Source: Lama guanicoe (lineage: Eukaryota). Taken from it: 64,000 nt of DNA. Both the position numbers and the translations under genes were made by a program. Positions within the stretch are counted from its first letter, which is position 1. Each line of letters opens with the position of its first letter. The notes under the pieces were generated by a model. That model was not told the origin of the DNA. It did not search any database and worked only from the letters and a program-made list of their open reading frames with translations. Below, piece by piece: positions 11,401 to 25,424 of this stretch. The stretch lies in contig MU053472.1 of assembly GCA_013239625.1 (NCBI GenBank), forward strand, positions 3,259,822-3,323,821. The letters are read 5' to 3'.

Positions 11401-13619
11401 ATTAAGTTGAGAACGTCCACCACACTTTTCCTTTATTCCATCCCTGAACATTTTAAATTATTTTAAATATGCATGTTCGGTAGTAATCATGAACCTGTGT
11501 TCCTAAATTAAAAAGAAAATTCTCCATATAAATATCCAATTAAGGTTTTGGGTCGAATATAGGGAAATTTAGTGACTTCTGATTAAGTCATATTGATTTT
11601 TGTGTTCTTGACTCATTATTGGCTATTTATTTGGTATAGAATAGCATAAATAACAGAAGTGACTTTATCTCCTAGTATAGATTCAGAATGACTCAGCACT
11701 ACTGGCTTTAAAGGTTTAAAAATCTTTCCTAGATACTTCCTGCTCAGACATTTAATCTTCATATTATTCCCTGAGGCCTAACTTACAGTTTTTCTTATAA
11801 ACTCAGAAAAGCTCTAAAAGGGAAGGGACAGTTTCTGCTTTTTATATACTAGAATATGCTTATCGTTTGGGTTTCAAAACTTTTTTTTTTTTTGAATGAC
11901 AAAGATTGTTTCTTGGTACTGTACTTTCCAGTTTTCTCTCTCCACCTTTAGGAGTTCAGAGGTTCAGTTTATTTGGCAGTCTACTTTGTTACCTTGTCAT
12001 TGACAGTAAGACAGAAGATATATTCCCCTTAAAGGGACAGTTTTTAATTTTTTTCTTTAAATTAAAGGAGCTCCATCTCACCAGAATAATGTACATAGCT
12101 AAAACTGCCAACTGTTAAGAGCAATTTGTAGATCCTTGCCCTGGATCGTGGGATATCTGCTATTCAGAGGCTGAAATGATTGGAAATTAAGTGATGAAAC
12201 ATCATTAATCTTATATCCTTTTAAGTATCTGTGTAAGCAAGAATTGCTGCCAAAAATGTATTCCCTCAAGATAATTTGTTTCAAGTATGCTCACTATTCT
12301 AATTATGTCCTGCAACTTAGGTATGTAGCTGTTGTGCCATATTAGATGATATTCTAACCTTGTACTCTGAAGACAGTTTATCATGACTATTTTATACACA
12401 TATTACACAATACTAGAACCTTTTACACAGTATTATTCTATATATTAAACTATATAATATTTGAGAGGATGCTGTTTGCCAGGTGCCATTAGAGATGGGT
12501 GAATTTAAAAAAAATGAAACTCATTTTGGTTGTGTAAAATGTGAAGCTTCAGTGGAGAGAATGTTAATGTCATCTTGTGGAGAATCATACTAAGAGTTGG
12601 AATTCTGAAGACACTGGGAAACCCTAATGATCTTTAAGTGAAGAGTGACTTAGTACAGAATGGACTTACCTTTTTTAAAAAATTGCTTCAAATAGTTATT
12701 AGACATGTAATACATACCCACTGTAACTTAATCAGAAGGTGGATATACAAAAAGAGGGGAAAAAACCCTACAGTTCCATGACTATTGAGACTATGTTGTA
12801 TATTTTAGATTTTTTTGGTGGGTATATCTTTAAATTTTTCTAACCCAGGTTCATTCTATGTATTATGAAAATCTGTCCCTGTAGTCCATAGCACAGTTAA
12901 CACAAATAACCTAGGATCCTGAAAGCTTTAAAAAGGCTTATCAGTTAGACTACTTTAACTGATAAAATCAGTCTTTCACAGGCAGGGCTCATGTGTACTA
13001 CCCTCATAATTGTTCCATAAATGCCTGCAGATTAGGAACTGATGAACCTGAAACTTCACACTTTCTTCTGCTTTGGTGTTACTATTTGCCTGAAATAACA
13101 TGTCTGTAACTGGGTGCTTGTACATGTCACTGCGTATGTATTTCAGACTGGCATAGACTTGTGTTTGTTCTATCTGGAAGAGAGTGGGTAATAGTCAGTT
13201 CTCTAGCAGAAATATACTAAAAACCAGTTGTGATTGTGTAGGCATTAGAGGTGGCCCTCAACTTGTTTAGAACTAGAAATATTTTTTCTTAAAATAAGCT
13301 ATAAAGGGGGCTGGGTTCCAGGCTGTTCTTTCAAATGAATAAATGTTCTTTAATCTATTTCCTCTTGTCATTGAGCATTAGGCTCTATGTTAAAAACTAG
13401 GAATATCAAGGTGAAATGACAAGGCTCTTGCCAGCCAGAAACTTGAAATCAAGTGGTGTCACTACCATGCAAACAAATGATTATAATACATGAAATTGTA
13501 AGCCATAGCCATGAACAAATTAAATGTGAGTAAATAAAGGTATTTCCTTTTTAATGTGAACTTATTTATTTATTCATGTAATTTTTCGTTCCAAAGATAT
13601 TGTTGCTGGCATTCCATCT

Positions 13620-13801
13620 AATTTATTTATTTGTTTGTTTTTATTGACATATAGTCAGTTCACAATGTTGTGTTAATTTCTGGTATACAGCATAGTGATT
13701 CAGTTATATATAGTCCTTTTCATTCTTTTCCATTATAGGCTATTACAAGGTATTAAATATAGTTCCCTGTACTATACAGTAGCACCTTGTTTATCTATTT
13801 T
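13620..13801 (-). mobile_element. L1 3' end fragment
   Basis: ttttattgacatatagtcagttcacaatgttgtgttaatttctggtatacagcatagtgattcag... Confidence 0.8.
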
Positions 13802-14840
13802 AGATAAAGGTGTTTCTAAATCTGCATTGGAGAGAGGAGAATGTAAGAAGAGGGGTGCTTTAAGTAGATTCTTTGGTTGATAATATAGCTACCTAAGTCT
13901 TGGAGTGTTAAGATACCTAATTCTCCCTTAAAACAATGTTTCTATGGAAAATGTATTTTTAAGCCTAGCTACTGAGTCCAGAACATATCTCTACCAACTC
14001 CTCTCGCCATTGGCAAGACTGCCATATTTCCCGCCATCACTTCCCTGTGTTTTGATGCTATTGAGACAGGCTTTCTTACAAGAGAATGTGTTTGAACCTT
14101 TAAAAGCCCTGGTCCTTTTGAATGGAACCATTTTAGTGACAGTGAGAATCTATGGGTTGTTCGTAAAGAAGTGTTTTTAAACTGGACTGCAGTTATAGTC
14201 TTTTCTCCTTGCTTAATAGTTGAGTGGTATGTAAAATAGTGTGCCTTTTACCTTAAGCCTTAAGCTGGTCATGATAAAAACTAGTATAACAGAATGTTAC
14301 ATGTTTATTAAAAGGTAGCATGCTCTGTAAACTCAAAATTATTTCCTAAACTATTCCTTTTCCCATTTGTACAGTATCTTCCTTATAGTCCCAGTCTGCT
14401 TCCAAGGATGTCCAATTGGCAGAATGTAATTTGGCTGTGTTTGGGGCATTAACATTGATTTCTATGGACTTTTCCCAGCTAAGTTGTGTATTTTATTAAC
14501 CACTCTTAGGATTGATATAAAACTTCCCATTTGTGTCTATTACCAATTTAAAAGAAAACTGTGAATATGAAATATGAATGTCTTGGGCTTTAAAACTTTA
14601 CTAGTTTTATTTTAAATATTCTAAAAATATTTAGATAATAATGTGCCTAAAAAATAATCATAGGTAGCCAAAGTTGATTAAACAGCAACCTCACTGATTA
14701 CAAGGCTTCCAAGAGGGTAATTTATAACTGAGGGTTATGAATGAAATTGATCAATCTTTTGCTCTTTTAACTAGACATGAATGAGGTTTGGAGACTATCA
14801 TAATTGGTCAGTAAATTTCCTCCATGTAATTAAAAAATTT

Positions 14841-14955
14841 CCTGTTCATCACCAGATCCTAGAACCCTATCGATATTGTCTCTGCTGTGTAAATAGCTCT
14901 GAGTAGTGCAATATTGCTTATAGGGTTTTGGTGTTTGGGAAGAACAATGGGCAGG
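14841..14955 (+). ncRNA. MIR454: pre-miR-454 (5p 14864-14885; 3p UAGUGCAAUAUUGCUUAUAGGGU 14904-14926)
   Basis: 3p arm matches miR-454-3p, the arms are complementary, and it lies in SKA2 intron 1. Confidence 0.97.
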
Positions 14956-15784
14956 TTACAGAAATGATGTAGCTGAAACTGGAGCAACAGTCTTTTTTGT
15001 CTAGGAAGAAAACAAATAGCAGAAGCTAGTTTTCAATATAAATATTAAAATCTGAAACTCAAATGTCAAATTTTAACTTATTAGAAGGAGGAAACAACTT
15101 TTCTAAATTTTAACATTTTGATAAACTAAACTTTGGTTTATTTGTAGTATAATGAAATAACAGAATTTTAGTGTTGAAAGGGACTTAGATTTCCAACTCT
15201 CTCGTTTAATAGGAGGGACCCAGAGAAATGAAAGATAATGGAGGCCACAAAGCTGGTTAGTGATACCAGGGCTACAACTCTTACAACACATCTTAATCCT
15301 CTTCTTTTCTTTCTTTTTTTTTTTTGTACCATATTTACCAGGTTGTATTCAGAGGGAATTTTTTTAATGGACTAACTGCAGAGATAGTAGGTTTAACATT
15401 AAAAAAAACTATTTAAATTTAATGTTAAGTAAAGTCTTTACATTTTCCCACCATCTATGTAACTCTTATTGCCTGTAATGTCGTGTATAACTTTGGTCTA
15501 ACTACATTAAAAACAGAGTAATGAAATAGAATTAAAGGAAAGTCACTTAGACTGTTTCTTCATTTATAAAATGAAGGATTCAGATCAGAGAATTTTGATT
15601 ATTTTTCTGTTTCTCAACACTGCATAGGCACCTGTTTTCCTTTCTGGTCCCCTGCTTATTCCCTAGCCCACTGACTTCACTAATAAGTAAATACTCCTCT
15701 CTATGTATTATCATAAAATGTTCTGTTCACTTCTTCAAGGAGAATGACATTCTACTCTCAAGCTGTTTTTCATGTCTTTTAAAT

Positions 15785-15975
15785 TTTTTTAAAAAATTGC
15801 AGTTACATTACATAAAATGTATCATTTTAACCATTTCAAATGTATACAGTTCAGCAGTATTAAGTACACTCACATTGGTGTGCAGCCATAGCCACTGTCC
15901 ATCTCCCAGAACTTGATCTTTCCAAACTAAAACTCTGCATACATTAAGCAGTAACTCCCTATTTCCCCCACCCCC
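15785..15975 (-). mobile_element. L1M 3' end fragment
   Basis: cataaaatgtatcattttaaccatttcaaatgtatacagttcagcagtattaagtacactcacattgg. Confidence 0.75.
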
Positions 15976-17784
15976 TGTCTTTTAAAGTCTGTTTAAAATT
16001 CTATTTGTTCTCTGAAATATTTTCCAAATAGAAGTGTGGGCATAGTAATTACAAGTTGAATGGGAATTAAAAAAAAAATCTTTTGAAGGCAGTGATACAC
16101 ACATAAATGCAGCTATGGGGAGAAAGTGAGTCCTGAATTTTAGCATTTGCCACTTTTCCTGGTGTATTTCCACCCTAAATAATTTCAAGCTACTTAGCAT
16201 GATGTCACTGAAGATGAAGTTGAAAAGAAATGCAATAGTAGCATATGATATATTTCTACTATATAGATATGATAGACCACAAGAGCATAGATAAGAGTAA
16301 AATATAGTAAAGTAACTAGGAAGTTATGGTTTTTGTATATATATTTCTTTTTAATAATTTAATTATAAATTTATATGATTTAATTTTAGTGGTGCCTGTG
16401 TTTAACAATTGGCTTGCAAAAATTCCTGAAAATTTAGCTAGGTCCATCATACCATTGATTGGAATCACACTCTTTAGTATCTTATTGAAATGTAAATTAC
16501 TTAAAAGCAGGAACCACTTATTGGTACAATTTGGTGATTTTAATACATTGTGGACCCCCAGGTATTACAGGAACCATAGCTGAAACCACTCTCTTGAAGA
16601 GAAGACATTGTTAAATGGACTATGGGATTATGCTAGTTAAATTTAAGCAGAACCAAAATATCATGTTAAAAAATGTGTAGGCTTAAGAGTATCTGTTTTA
16701 TAAGCAAGTTAAAGGCTCCTAGAATAGAGATTCTGTTTTAAGGTAACCCTGGAGCAACAAATCTCATAATCCTAATAATTTTGTGGTAACTTAATATGTT
16801 TTAAAAACTTTTATTTAAAATTATGCTTTAGAATGTTATACAAGGCCTTCAATTATATATAAAGTCACAGAATTGTGGTCTATTTCAATAATTAAAACAA
16901 ATCAGGTCTTGAATACTTAGTGCCTTTGCTTAATTTGATTTACCCTTTCCCCTGACCCATCCCCATACTCCCCATCCACATGCTGTATAGGTTAGTGTAC
17001 TTTTTTAATATAAAGGAAAAGATAATCCTTGAGTATATTCTAATAATGGGAAATGAGGCCAACAGGAATTTCTTTATATATACACATATACATATATAGT
17101 AATTATTATGTTTAAAGAAGTCTAATTATTGAGCAATCATGGCAGCTAACCTAAGTATATAAGACAAATGAAATGCCTCCAATTTGTAGAAAACATTTTA
17201 AACATAATTTTAAACAAAGAACTTCTGCATTTGTTTTTCTGGCTCACAGCAACTTTTTTGCTGTTAGAGATGCAAATCAAATACTGATTCTTGGAAAATT
17301 TTTAAAAACAAAGATTGACTTTCTCTTCTCTTCTATTTCTACTCCAAAAGTTTTTGGTTATTAAGAGAATTTTGTTAAATTGCCAAGTTTGCATTTAAAT
17401 TTATGCCAATGATGAGAGAAATTATTAGTGATGAAACCTTTAGTTTTATCTCTTTCTGAAATTCTGTTCAGTAATGACAGCCTCTGACCTTAGAAGCATT
17501 TTAACTTCTGAGAGCCATTTTGTCTTGCTTTACATTCCAAAGTAGAACCCTTGGTTTAGTTTTTGTAAAATAAAAATAACACCACTTCTCATTAGACCTG
17601 AGAACTACTTTTAACTACTTTTGTAGGTTTTTATTCTTTCCATTAAGGCTTCAAATTTTCAAGAAGCAATCTTTGGTCCAGAACTTAACTTGATAGAAAG
17701 GTCTGGACCTTCTCCCCAAAGCAGTTTCCTCAGCTGGGGGCTAGGAATGGGAGACCATCCCTGAGGAAATCATGTTCTGCCCTT

Positions 17785-18307
17785 TGTTGATGAAAATAAT
17801 CAATAAACAATCAATAATAAGAATAGACAAGAGTTTTATTTGAGGCATATTGAGCACTAGCCCAGAAATCCGCTTCCCAGATTACTCTGAGAAGCTGCTC
17901 TGGACAAGCACAGTTTTGTATCTTGTCAGAACAAAGAACGTTAAACAAGACGGATACATTTCTTCAAGGTTTCAAAAAAAAACAAAACAAAACAGATGAG
18001 CATGTACACATACAGAATGGCCTTAGCACCTGGGAAGGGAGTCTTAATATCAAAGGAATACCAGCATTGACATGCCTGGAAGAGAGGCATTTCATTTGAT
18101 CTTTATTTTTAACATGGCCATTCTTTACTTCTGGTCAGCGTGCCCTTTTCTTTAATAATTCTTAAATAATTAAAAATACAGATGTACAATGTATGTTTGA
18201 GAGACCACAAACAGGCTGTTTTAGTTAGTAGCATAGAATTCAAGTTAACTTATGGATAAGCCAGAATGACTTCTCCATACCTCAATATGTGAAAATTTCT
18301 TTTATCA
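17785..18307 (-). mobile_element. Solo ERV1-type LTR (MER41-like)
   Basis: About 520 bp bounded by TG...CA, antisense poly(A) signal tttatt at ~17835, and cagattactctgagaagctgctc resembling MER41-family LTRs. Flanks cctt/cttt form an imperfect TSD. Family name is tentative. Confidence 0.6.
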
Positions 18308-19002
18308 CTTTCATAGTAAACTCAAAGGACCATAAATTCAAGACAGTACGTGCTTTAAGATCATGGAAAAGATGTAGAATTTCCAAAAATTAAGAATAAT
18401 TTGTAGATTATTTCACGTTCAGAGATATATACCTTCCCCACCTTTTCTGTATGTACACACACATATTTTATGGCGTGTGGCAGTTTTCCCCTTTTTCCTT
18501 CCTTAGAAGTTTACTGCAGATCAAGGTCCCATGGTAGCACCCAGGTTCAAAAAATTGGATTTATTCAGACTGCTACGCCTGTACTGTATGTAGCTTTTCT
18601 TGTGTAATTTATGAATCTTTAAGCCCTCTAACTTTGGTCTGTGTGGCACATATTTGTAGTTCTTTGGTTAAGAGGTTGCAGATAATGTTAACAGCGTGAT
18701 TATCCCCGAAAAGAAATCTGTTCTCTATTTTAATGTGAAATCACATTTCCTATTAGGGGTAGACAAACACCTCCTGATGACTGTCAGAAACCCAAGGGAA
18801 TTCTTGAAGCCATTGTTCTAAATAGAGCATGGGTATTAAGGATGATGGAGGTTTTGTATAGTTTTCTATTTCCATATTTTCAAAATGAGTGTATGTCACA
18901 TTATTAAAGTACTAAAAAATATAAAGAGAAAAGAAAGAACAGTTACAGCATTTATTAATGTGTCTTTTGGTTCACAAAGTAATGCTATGTGCTGATCTTT
19001 AG

Positions 19003-19089
19003 TTCCAGAAAGCTGACTCTGATCTGGATTACATTCAATACAGGCTGGAATATGAAATCAAGACTAATCATCCTGATTCAGCAGGCAAG
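19003..19089 (+). CDS. SKA2: SKA2 coding exon 2
   Basis: tttag|[29 protein letters not shown]|gtaatc; 87 nt, phase 0. Confidence 0.97.
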
Positions 19090-19213
19090 GTAATCTGCAA
19101 AGTAAAATGCCTCTTTTTTTGGTCTTTTTTTTTCATAGTCAGTTTACAATGTTGTGCCAATTTAAGTGTCTTTTTAAGAGAATATTTTATAAAAGATTTT
19201 CTGATAGTATTTC

Positions 19214-19319
19214 CTTTCTTATTCTTTTCTTTTTTTTTAAATGGAGGTACTGGGGATTGAACCTAGGACCTCTTGAATGCTAAACATGTGCTTTGCCACT
19301 GAGCTATTTCCCTCCCTCA
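19214..19319 (-). mobile_element. Vic-1-like tRNA-derived SINE with 13-bp TSD
   Basis: atggaggtactggggattgaacctaggacc...ccactgagctat; TSD ctgatagtatttc at 19201-19213 and 19320-19332. Confidence 0.9.
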
Positions 19320-20249
19320 CTGATAGTATTTCTAATAGTTAATTATGACAATTACATTATTAACTATTAAATTTATAGAATCTTTTTGTGTTGGAAGCTT
19401 AGTCACAGAACACTGGAAAGATTATACCTATAGTCAAGGAAACTTGTGGTTACATTTTTTTTTAAAACCCATAAATAAGAATCATTGAATCCAGAGGCAT
19501 AAACCACTATGGAAGCCTCTGAAATTCTGGGAGAGACTATAAATACCTCTAAGGCAGTGGTTAAGAGGGGAGAAATCTTAGAAGTTATGATATTCTCTCA
19601 GGAAGATGATTTACTATTAGAATTGTTATATGAACTATGATTTTTACATAAAATTACATACTTAGTTATTCTAAGTTTAGGTTGATTAGAAATATTAAAA
19701 TATTAACTGTTTACATGCCATAAAATTATAACTACATGTACACATGCCTTTATAGATAAAAGCAAACAATTTTTAAACATTGTTAACATTAATTTACCAC
19801 ATAAATAATTGTGCCAGCAGACAAGAAATATCATATTTTAGTGTCTTTCAAAAAATTTTATACAGTTCGGGGAGATTGGGTGGAAGTGCAAATTAAAGTA
19901 ACATTTTATATGAAATGGGAAAGCATTGTAAATGTTCAGTTTTTCCTGTTTATTTCATGGAATGCCAGGATTCTGTGGGAGTATAGTTTGAACTGTTCTA
20001 GCTCCTTAACTGATTTGACTGTCTTTTCCTCTTTTCTTTGTGACTGAAGAACAGCCAGCCAATTCTGGTCCAGTGGTACCATCTAATGACTGGCCAAATC
20101 CCTCATCTGAGTCAGTATCTTTCAAGTACTATGTGGAAGACATTTCATACAGGGCTTCCACTTTTCTTCCACCTCCCATCTCTTGTCTTTGTTCCACTTC
20201 CAGTTATTTTTCTCTTCTACAACCTTTTTTTAAATATATAGTTAATTTT

Positions 20250-21710
20250 TTAAATTTATTTTTATTGAAGTGTTGATTTACAGTGTTTGTTAATTTCAGG
20301 TGTACAGCAAAGTGATTCAGTTATACATCTACATCGACATATATTCTTTTTCAGATTCTTTTCCATTATAGGTTAGGTCCTTGTTGTTACAACTTTTTTT
20401 TTAAAAACAGCTTTATTTAACCATAGTTCTCATACCATAAAATTCACTCTTTTAAGTATACAATTCAGTGGTCTTCATTGTATTCACAGAGTTGTGCAGC
20501 CATCACCATAATAAATATTTGAATATTTGCATCACCTCAGAAAGAAACCCACTAACTGTCACTTCACATTAACACCTCCTTCCCCACCCCTGGCCAGCTC
20601 CTACCAACCTCTAATCTACTTTCTAGCTCTATAAACTCTACAGATTTGCTGTCTGAACGTATCATATAATTTGTGGCCTTTTATGTGTGGTTTCTTTCAC
20701 TTAGCATGTTTTAAAGGTTCATCCAGTTTGCAGCATGAGTTAGTACTTCATTCCTTCTTATAGCTGAATAATGTTTCATTGTATGGCTGTACCACATTTT
20801 CTTATTTACTCATCAATTAACAGACCATGTGGTTATTTTCTCCTTTTGGCTATTATGATAATATTACTATATACATTCATGTACAAGTTTTTGTGTGGGT
20901 ATTTGCTTTCATTTCTCTTGGATATATACTTAACAGTGGAATTGCTGGCCACATGGTAACTATATTTAATATTTTGAGGAACTGTCAAATTGTTTTCCAA
21001 AGTGGTTGTACCATCTTATTACATACTTAGGGTTTGGTTGTTTTTTTTTTTTAATGGAGGTACTGAGGATTGAGCCCAGGACCTTGTGAAGCACACACTC
21101 TACCACTGAGCTATACCCTCCCCTGATTTTTTGTTTAAGTTTGATAAAATATACAAGATAAAGTTCACCACTGTAAGCATTTGTAAGTGGACTGTTCAGT
21201 GGTACTAAGTACTTCCACATCATAGTCTATCACCACTATCCATCTCCAAAACTTTTTCGTCTTTTCAAATTGAAACTGCACCCAGTAAATGATAACTCCC
21301 CATTCTTCCCCAACCCCTGGCAACTACCATTCTACCTTCTATCTCTATGAACTTGACTACTCTAGGTATACCTCATATAGGGGACTTATACAATGTTTGT
21401 CCTTTTGTGACTGGGTTATTTCACTTAGCATAATGTCCTTAGCGTTCATCCATGGCATGGCATGTGTCGGAATTTCCTTCCTTTTTAAGTCTGAATGATA
21501 TTCCATTGTGTGTGTATACCACATTTTGTTCATCCATTCATCTGTCAGTAGACACTTGAATTGTTTCCATCTTTTGGATATTATTAGTAATGCTGCTATG
21601 TACTTTGGTGTACATAGATCTGTTGGAGTCCTTGCGTTTCAATTCTTTGTATAAATACCCAGAAATGGACTTGCGGGATCATATGATAATTCTTTGTCAA
21701 CCTTTGAACT
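20250..21710 (-). mobile_element. Cluster of antisense L1 3' ends interrupted by a SINE
   Basis: Three successive L1 3'-end signatures starting at ~20250, ~20400 and ~21130. Confidence 0.8.
21031..21123 (-). mobile_element. Vic-1-like SINE
   Basis: T-tail followed by aatggaggtactgaggattgagcccaggacc...ctaccactgagctataccctcccc. Confidence 0.9.
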
Positions 21711-22439
21711 GTAACTTTTAAAATACCTGTAATTACTTATCCAGTAACTCCCTTTTTTGTGTGTGTTACACTTGGGAAGAAAACATAAACTTAGTCTTTG
21801 TAGATTTCACTGACATTAGTCCTAATGATTATATGTGTATCAAGGAACAGGAAAGGAAACATCTATTAGCACTAACTTCTAATACCTCTACATGGTGGTA
21901 GTGGCAGTAAACATTCATTGAACATTACTATGCGCCAACCAGTGTCGGTGGGGGGGTGTGCGTGTAAACTCACACCCACATACATGCATATAATTTTATT
22001 TAGCTGCACTGTCCTCATGATTTGGAGACTGTCAGTAATTCTGCATAAAAGTGAACATTTAAAAATAGAATCTTGATAAAGATACAATAAACTACAGGCT
22101 CCGATTAGCATGATTATCACCTGTATTTATTCCAGAAAGATAATTTTATTTCATGAGCGTTTTCTCTATAGATTCTTTTAAATTTAGTAACACAACTAAT
22201 GGTTTGTTTCTTTCAAAAGACTTAACTGAGTTGAGTTTTTTGCTTTCATGTTGGCTTTTCTTTTTTCTTATCACTAGCACTATCATTACCAGAGCACTTT
22301 TTGCATATTCTTGAGAGCTCTCAAAAGTGATCACCCACTTATAATAAATAAAACCCTAACATTAATTGAAATGTTATAGGCACAAAATTAAATAAAATGC
22401 AGCACAGTTTATAAACTCTAATAAAAGGACACGGTGGTT

Positions 22440-22538
22440 CCCAAGAAGTCTCTCAAAGGTCCCGCCTCCTAATTCCATCACCTTGGGGGTTACGTTTCAA
22501 CAGATGAATTTTGCTGGGACACATTCAGACCATAGCAA
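22440..22538. mobile_element. MLT1 (MaLR) LTR fragment
   Basis: ccatcaccttgggggttacgtttcaacagatgaatttt...acacattcagaccatagca. Confidence 0.7.
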
Positions 22539-25247
22539 TTATGACTCTGCAAATATTGCTTTTATCTAACTCATATAATATACCTGTTTGCTTTTCCCAT
22601 CTTATACAACTTGTTTTTCTGGAGCTAATAATTGTTTTCTTTTTTTCCCCTTCAATTTGCTTAGTTTTTCTATGCATCTGTCATTAATTCAGCTTTAGAC
22701 TTTTCTAACAGAGCTCTAAAACTCTTGTCAACAGTGTCAGACATATCACATTTCATTGATAAGTTTCATTGTCTTCCACATCCCTTCTGATGCTCTCTAT
22801 CCTCTTGCTCCACAGCTGTGTTTCTAGGCTTTCTTTACCATATTTTGGGTAATTCTCTTTGTTTTACTCCCTTTAGTCTGTATTACTGTTTCTTGGTTTA
22901 TTTCCTTGATTGGGTAAAACAGATCCTTTAGAAGCTTCCTGAGCAGTAGTGCACAGAATATTAACTTTTTGAGACATAAAATGTTTGAAAATGTCTTTAT
23001 TTAACCCTAAATTTAATCCTTTAGCTGATGGATGGTTTAATTGGAGATTATTTTCTCTTAAATTTATCATTGCTTTGTAGTTTTCTAGTTTCCAAGGTTC
23101 TTGTTGAGAAATAGACGCCATTCTATTCTAATTCCTGATCCTTTGTGTGTCTTCCTTTATTTTATACACACCCCCTACCCCGCAAAAAATAAAACAAAAC
23201 AAAACAAAAACAAAACCACACACAGCCCTGCATCACACTCTGTCTTGGAACTTTCAGAATATGTTATCTATGCTGTGAAATTTTATAGTTATTTTATGAT
23301 TATAGGATAGGTCTTTGCATTAATTGTGCTGTCACTTGGTGGGGTTCTTTAAATCTGAAAACATGTGAATCTAAAGTCTTATAAATTTTCTCACCTGTAT
23401 ATTTATAAAAAAAAGAAATCCTGTTTTATGGCCTTTCCCATTAGTGAGATATTGAACCTCCTGGATCTATTTTCTATTTTTCTTATCTTTTCTTTCCTAT
23501 TTTCATTTTTGTATATTTCCCCCCTACTGTTTTTGGATATTTTGGACTGCATTTTCCAGTTTATTTGTTTTTGGTTTTTTTACTGGCGATCTCTTAGAAC
23601 ATCTAGAAACGTGATAAGAAGTGAAGGGTGAAGGGACAGGTCTCAGTGTCATTGGGATCTTACTGAGTAGATACCACAAAAGGCATCTTAATACACACTA
23701 TTCCTCTATCTACCAGACTATACAGTTGGTGTCATCTTTTATTTTTTTGCACATATCAAACATACCACTAAGTTTTCTTAACTTTTTTCACGGAGTCTCT
23801 CTTCTGTCCTCTTCCTACTCCTACTGCTCGTACCATAGGTCTTGATCACCAGAGAACTATTTCAGCAGTTGTTAACTTGGTTAGATTTTTTTGGGTCTAA
23901 TTCATCCTGTTAGAATCATCTTTATTTACCATTTCCATCATCAAAAGCTTATCGAAAAAGCTCCAAGGAAGAGGGGAGTAGAGAACTGAGCCTCTGCCCA
24001 CAGCCATGAGTTAGGGTCCGTGAAAGAGATATTTGAAGAGTAGGCACATATCCAAGATAGCATCATTTTCTGGAAATCAAGAGTCCATTTTAAGAAGATT
24101 AGTACAAGAAGGGAATAAGGAGAGGCAAGAAGAGGGGTGCATGTCAAAATTACATGCTATAGGGCAGGTCAGACTTTTTGATGATTTAAAATAACTTGGC
24201 ACCTGAAGAAGTATATTATTATAGAATCTAGAAGGTTGTTGGCAAATGGAGTGCAAAAAGTGACAACAGAATCAAGAGATGAGTTAATTTTACCCTCAAT
24301 ACAGGGAAGATTTATATATATTTGAGGTCTGTATAAAGGGAGATATGAGGTTATTGAAATATAGGAAATTTAAGGTTCTTGAGGATATGTGGAGGAAGCA
24401 GCAGTAATAGTGTTAGTGTTAGGGGCTGAGTAAGGGTCAGAACGTCCATAGATGTTTTCATTTTCAGTTGAAAAGGCAGAGGAATAGAAATTCCTAGAAG
24501 GTTTCTGTCTCCTTCGTAAAGTAGTTGGGGTGAGATCTTGTGCCAAGGAGCGGGTGGGAACTAGAGGGAGTGGAAGAAAGTTTGAAATAATTAGTATTGG
24601 AGGGTTTGCTAACAAACCATCAGGGAATGAAAAGAATTTTCAAGTGGCAGAAAGGACCCAGTTGAAATGTCTTTTATGGAATAGTGGTTATTTATATTCC
24701 AAAATGAATTTGAAAAATGAATGTAATTTGTAAATATAGTTGCTTGAGTTGGCATGAATTTTGTATATTGAGGTAAATGAATTGGTGTATATATATGCTT
24801 AAGCCCCATGACAGTATGTTTAAGAATTTTGTAAGTGGTTTCAAGTTGTCTTATTCTTTAAGAACAAATCAAAGTAGTTCCTTTAATCTTCTGAATAACA
24901 TTTAGAATTGCATTTTAGAAGTATTGTATAATTAATTATTGTGAACTATGTATCAAATGTTATGTATCTAATGTGACTTTATTTGCTATTTAATATTGCT
25001 ATTTTGTGAGTGTGAGTCGGGGACGGGGGTGGTTATTTCTGTACTTGGGCTTTTAATTCCTTGAGAATAGGATAAGGTCTTATATTTCTTTCTTCCCCTC
25101 CTCTCATCCTCATCCTCTGTCACATAATTGCATAATTAAATACAATGTTCTATTAAATGGACAATGGAATGTGTTGTATATTAATTCTCAGAAGAAACTT
25201 TTTCCTTTCCATGAATTAATATATATTGATTTTTTTTCCTGATATAG

Positions 25248-25424
25248 AAAAATCCAGTTACACTGTTAAAGGAATTGTCAGCAATAAAGTCTCGATATCA
25301 AACTTTGCATGCACGCTTTAAACCAATTGCTGTCGAGCAGAAAGAGACTAAGAGCCGCATTTGTGCTACTTTCAATAAGACTGTGGCCTTGCTACAAGAA
25401 CTACAAAAGCATACAGACCTGGAG
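25248..25424 (+). CDS. SKA2: SKA2 coding exon 3
   Basis: tatag|[59 protein letters not shown]|gtaatg; 177 nt. Confidence 0.97.

Noticed and set aside
17785..18307. MER41-like LTR as an interferon-inducible (STAT1) enhancer
   Set aside because: A manual scan found no perfect TTCNNNGAA motif in this copy, and the family assignment is tentative.
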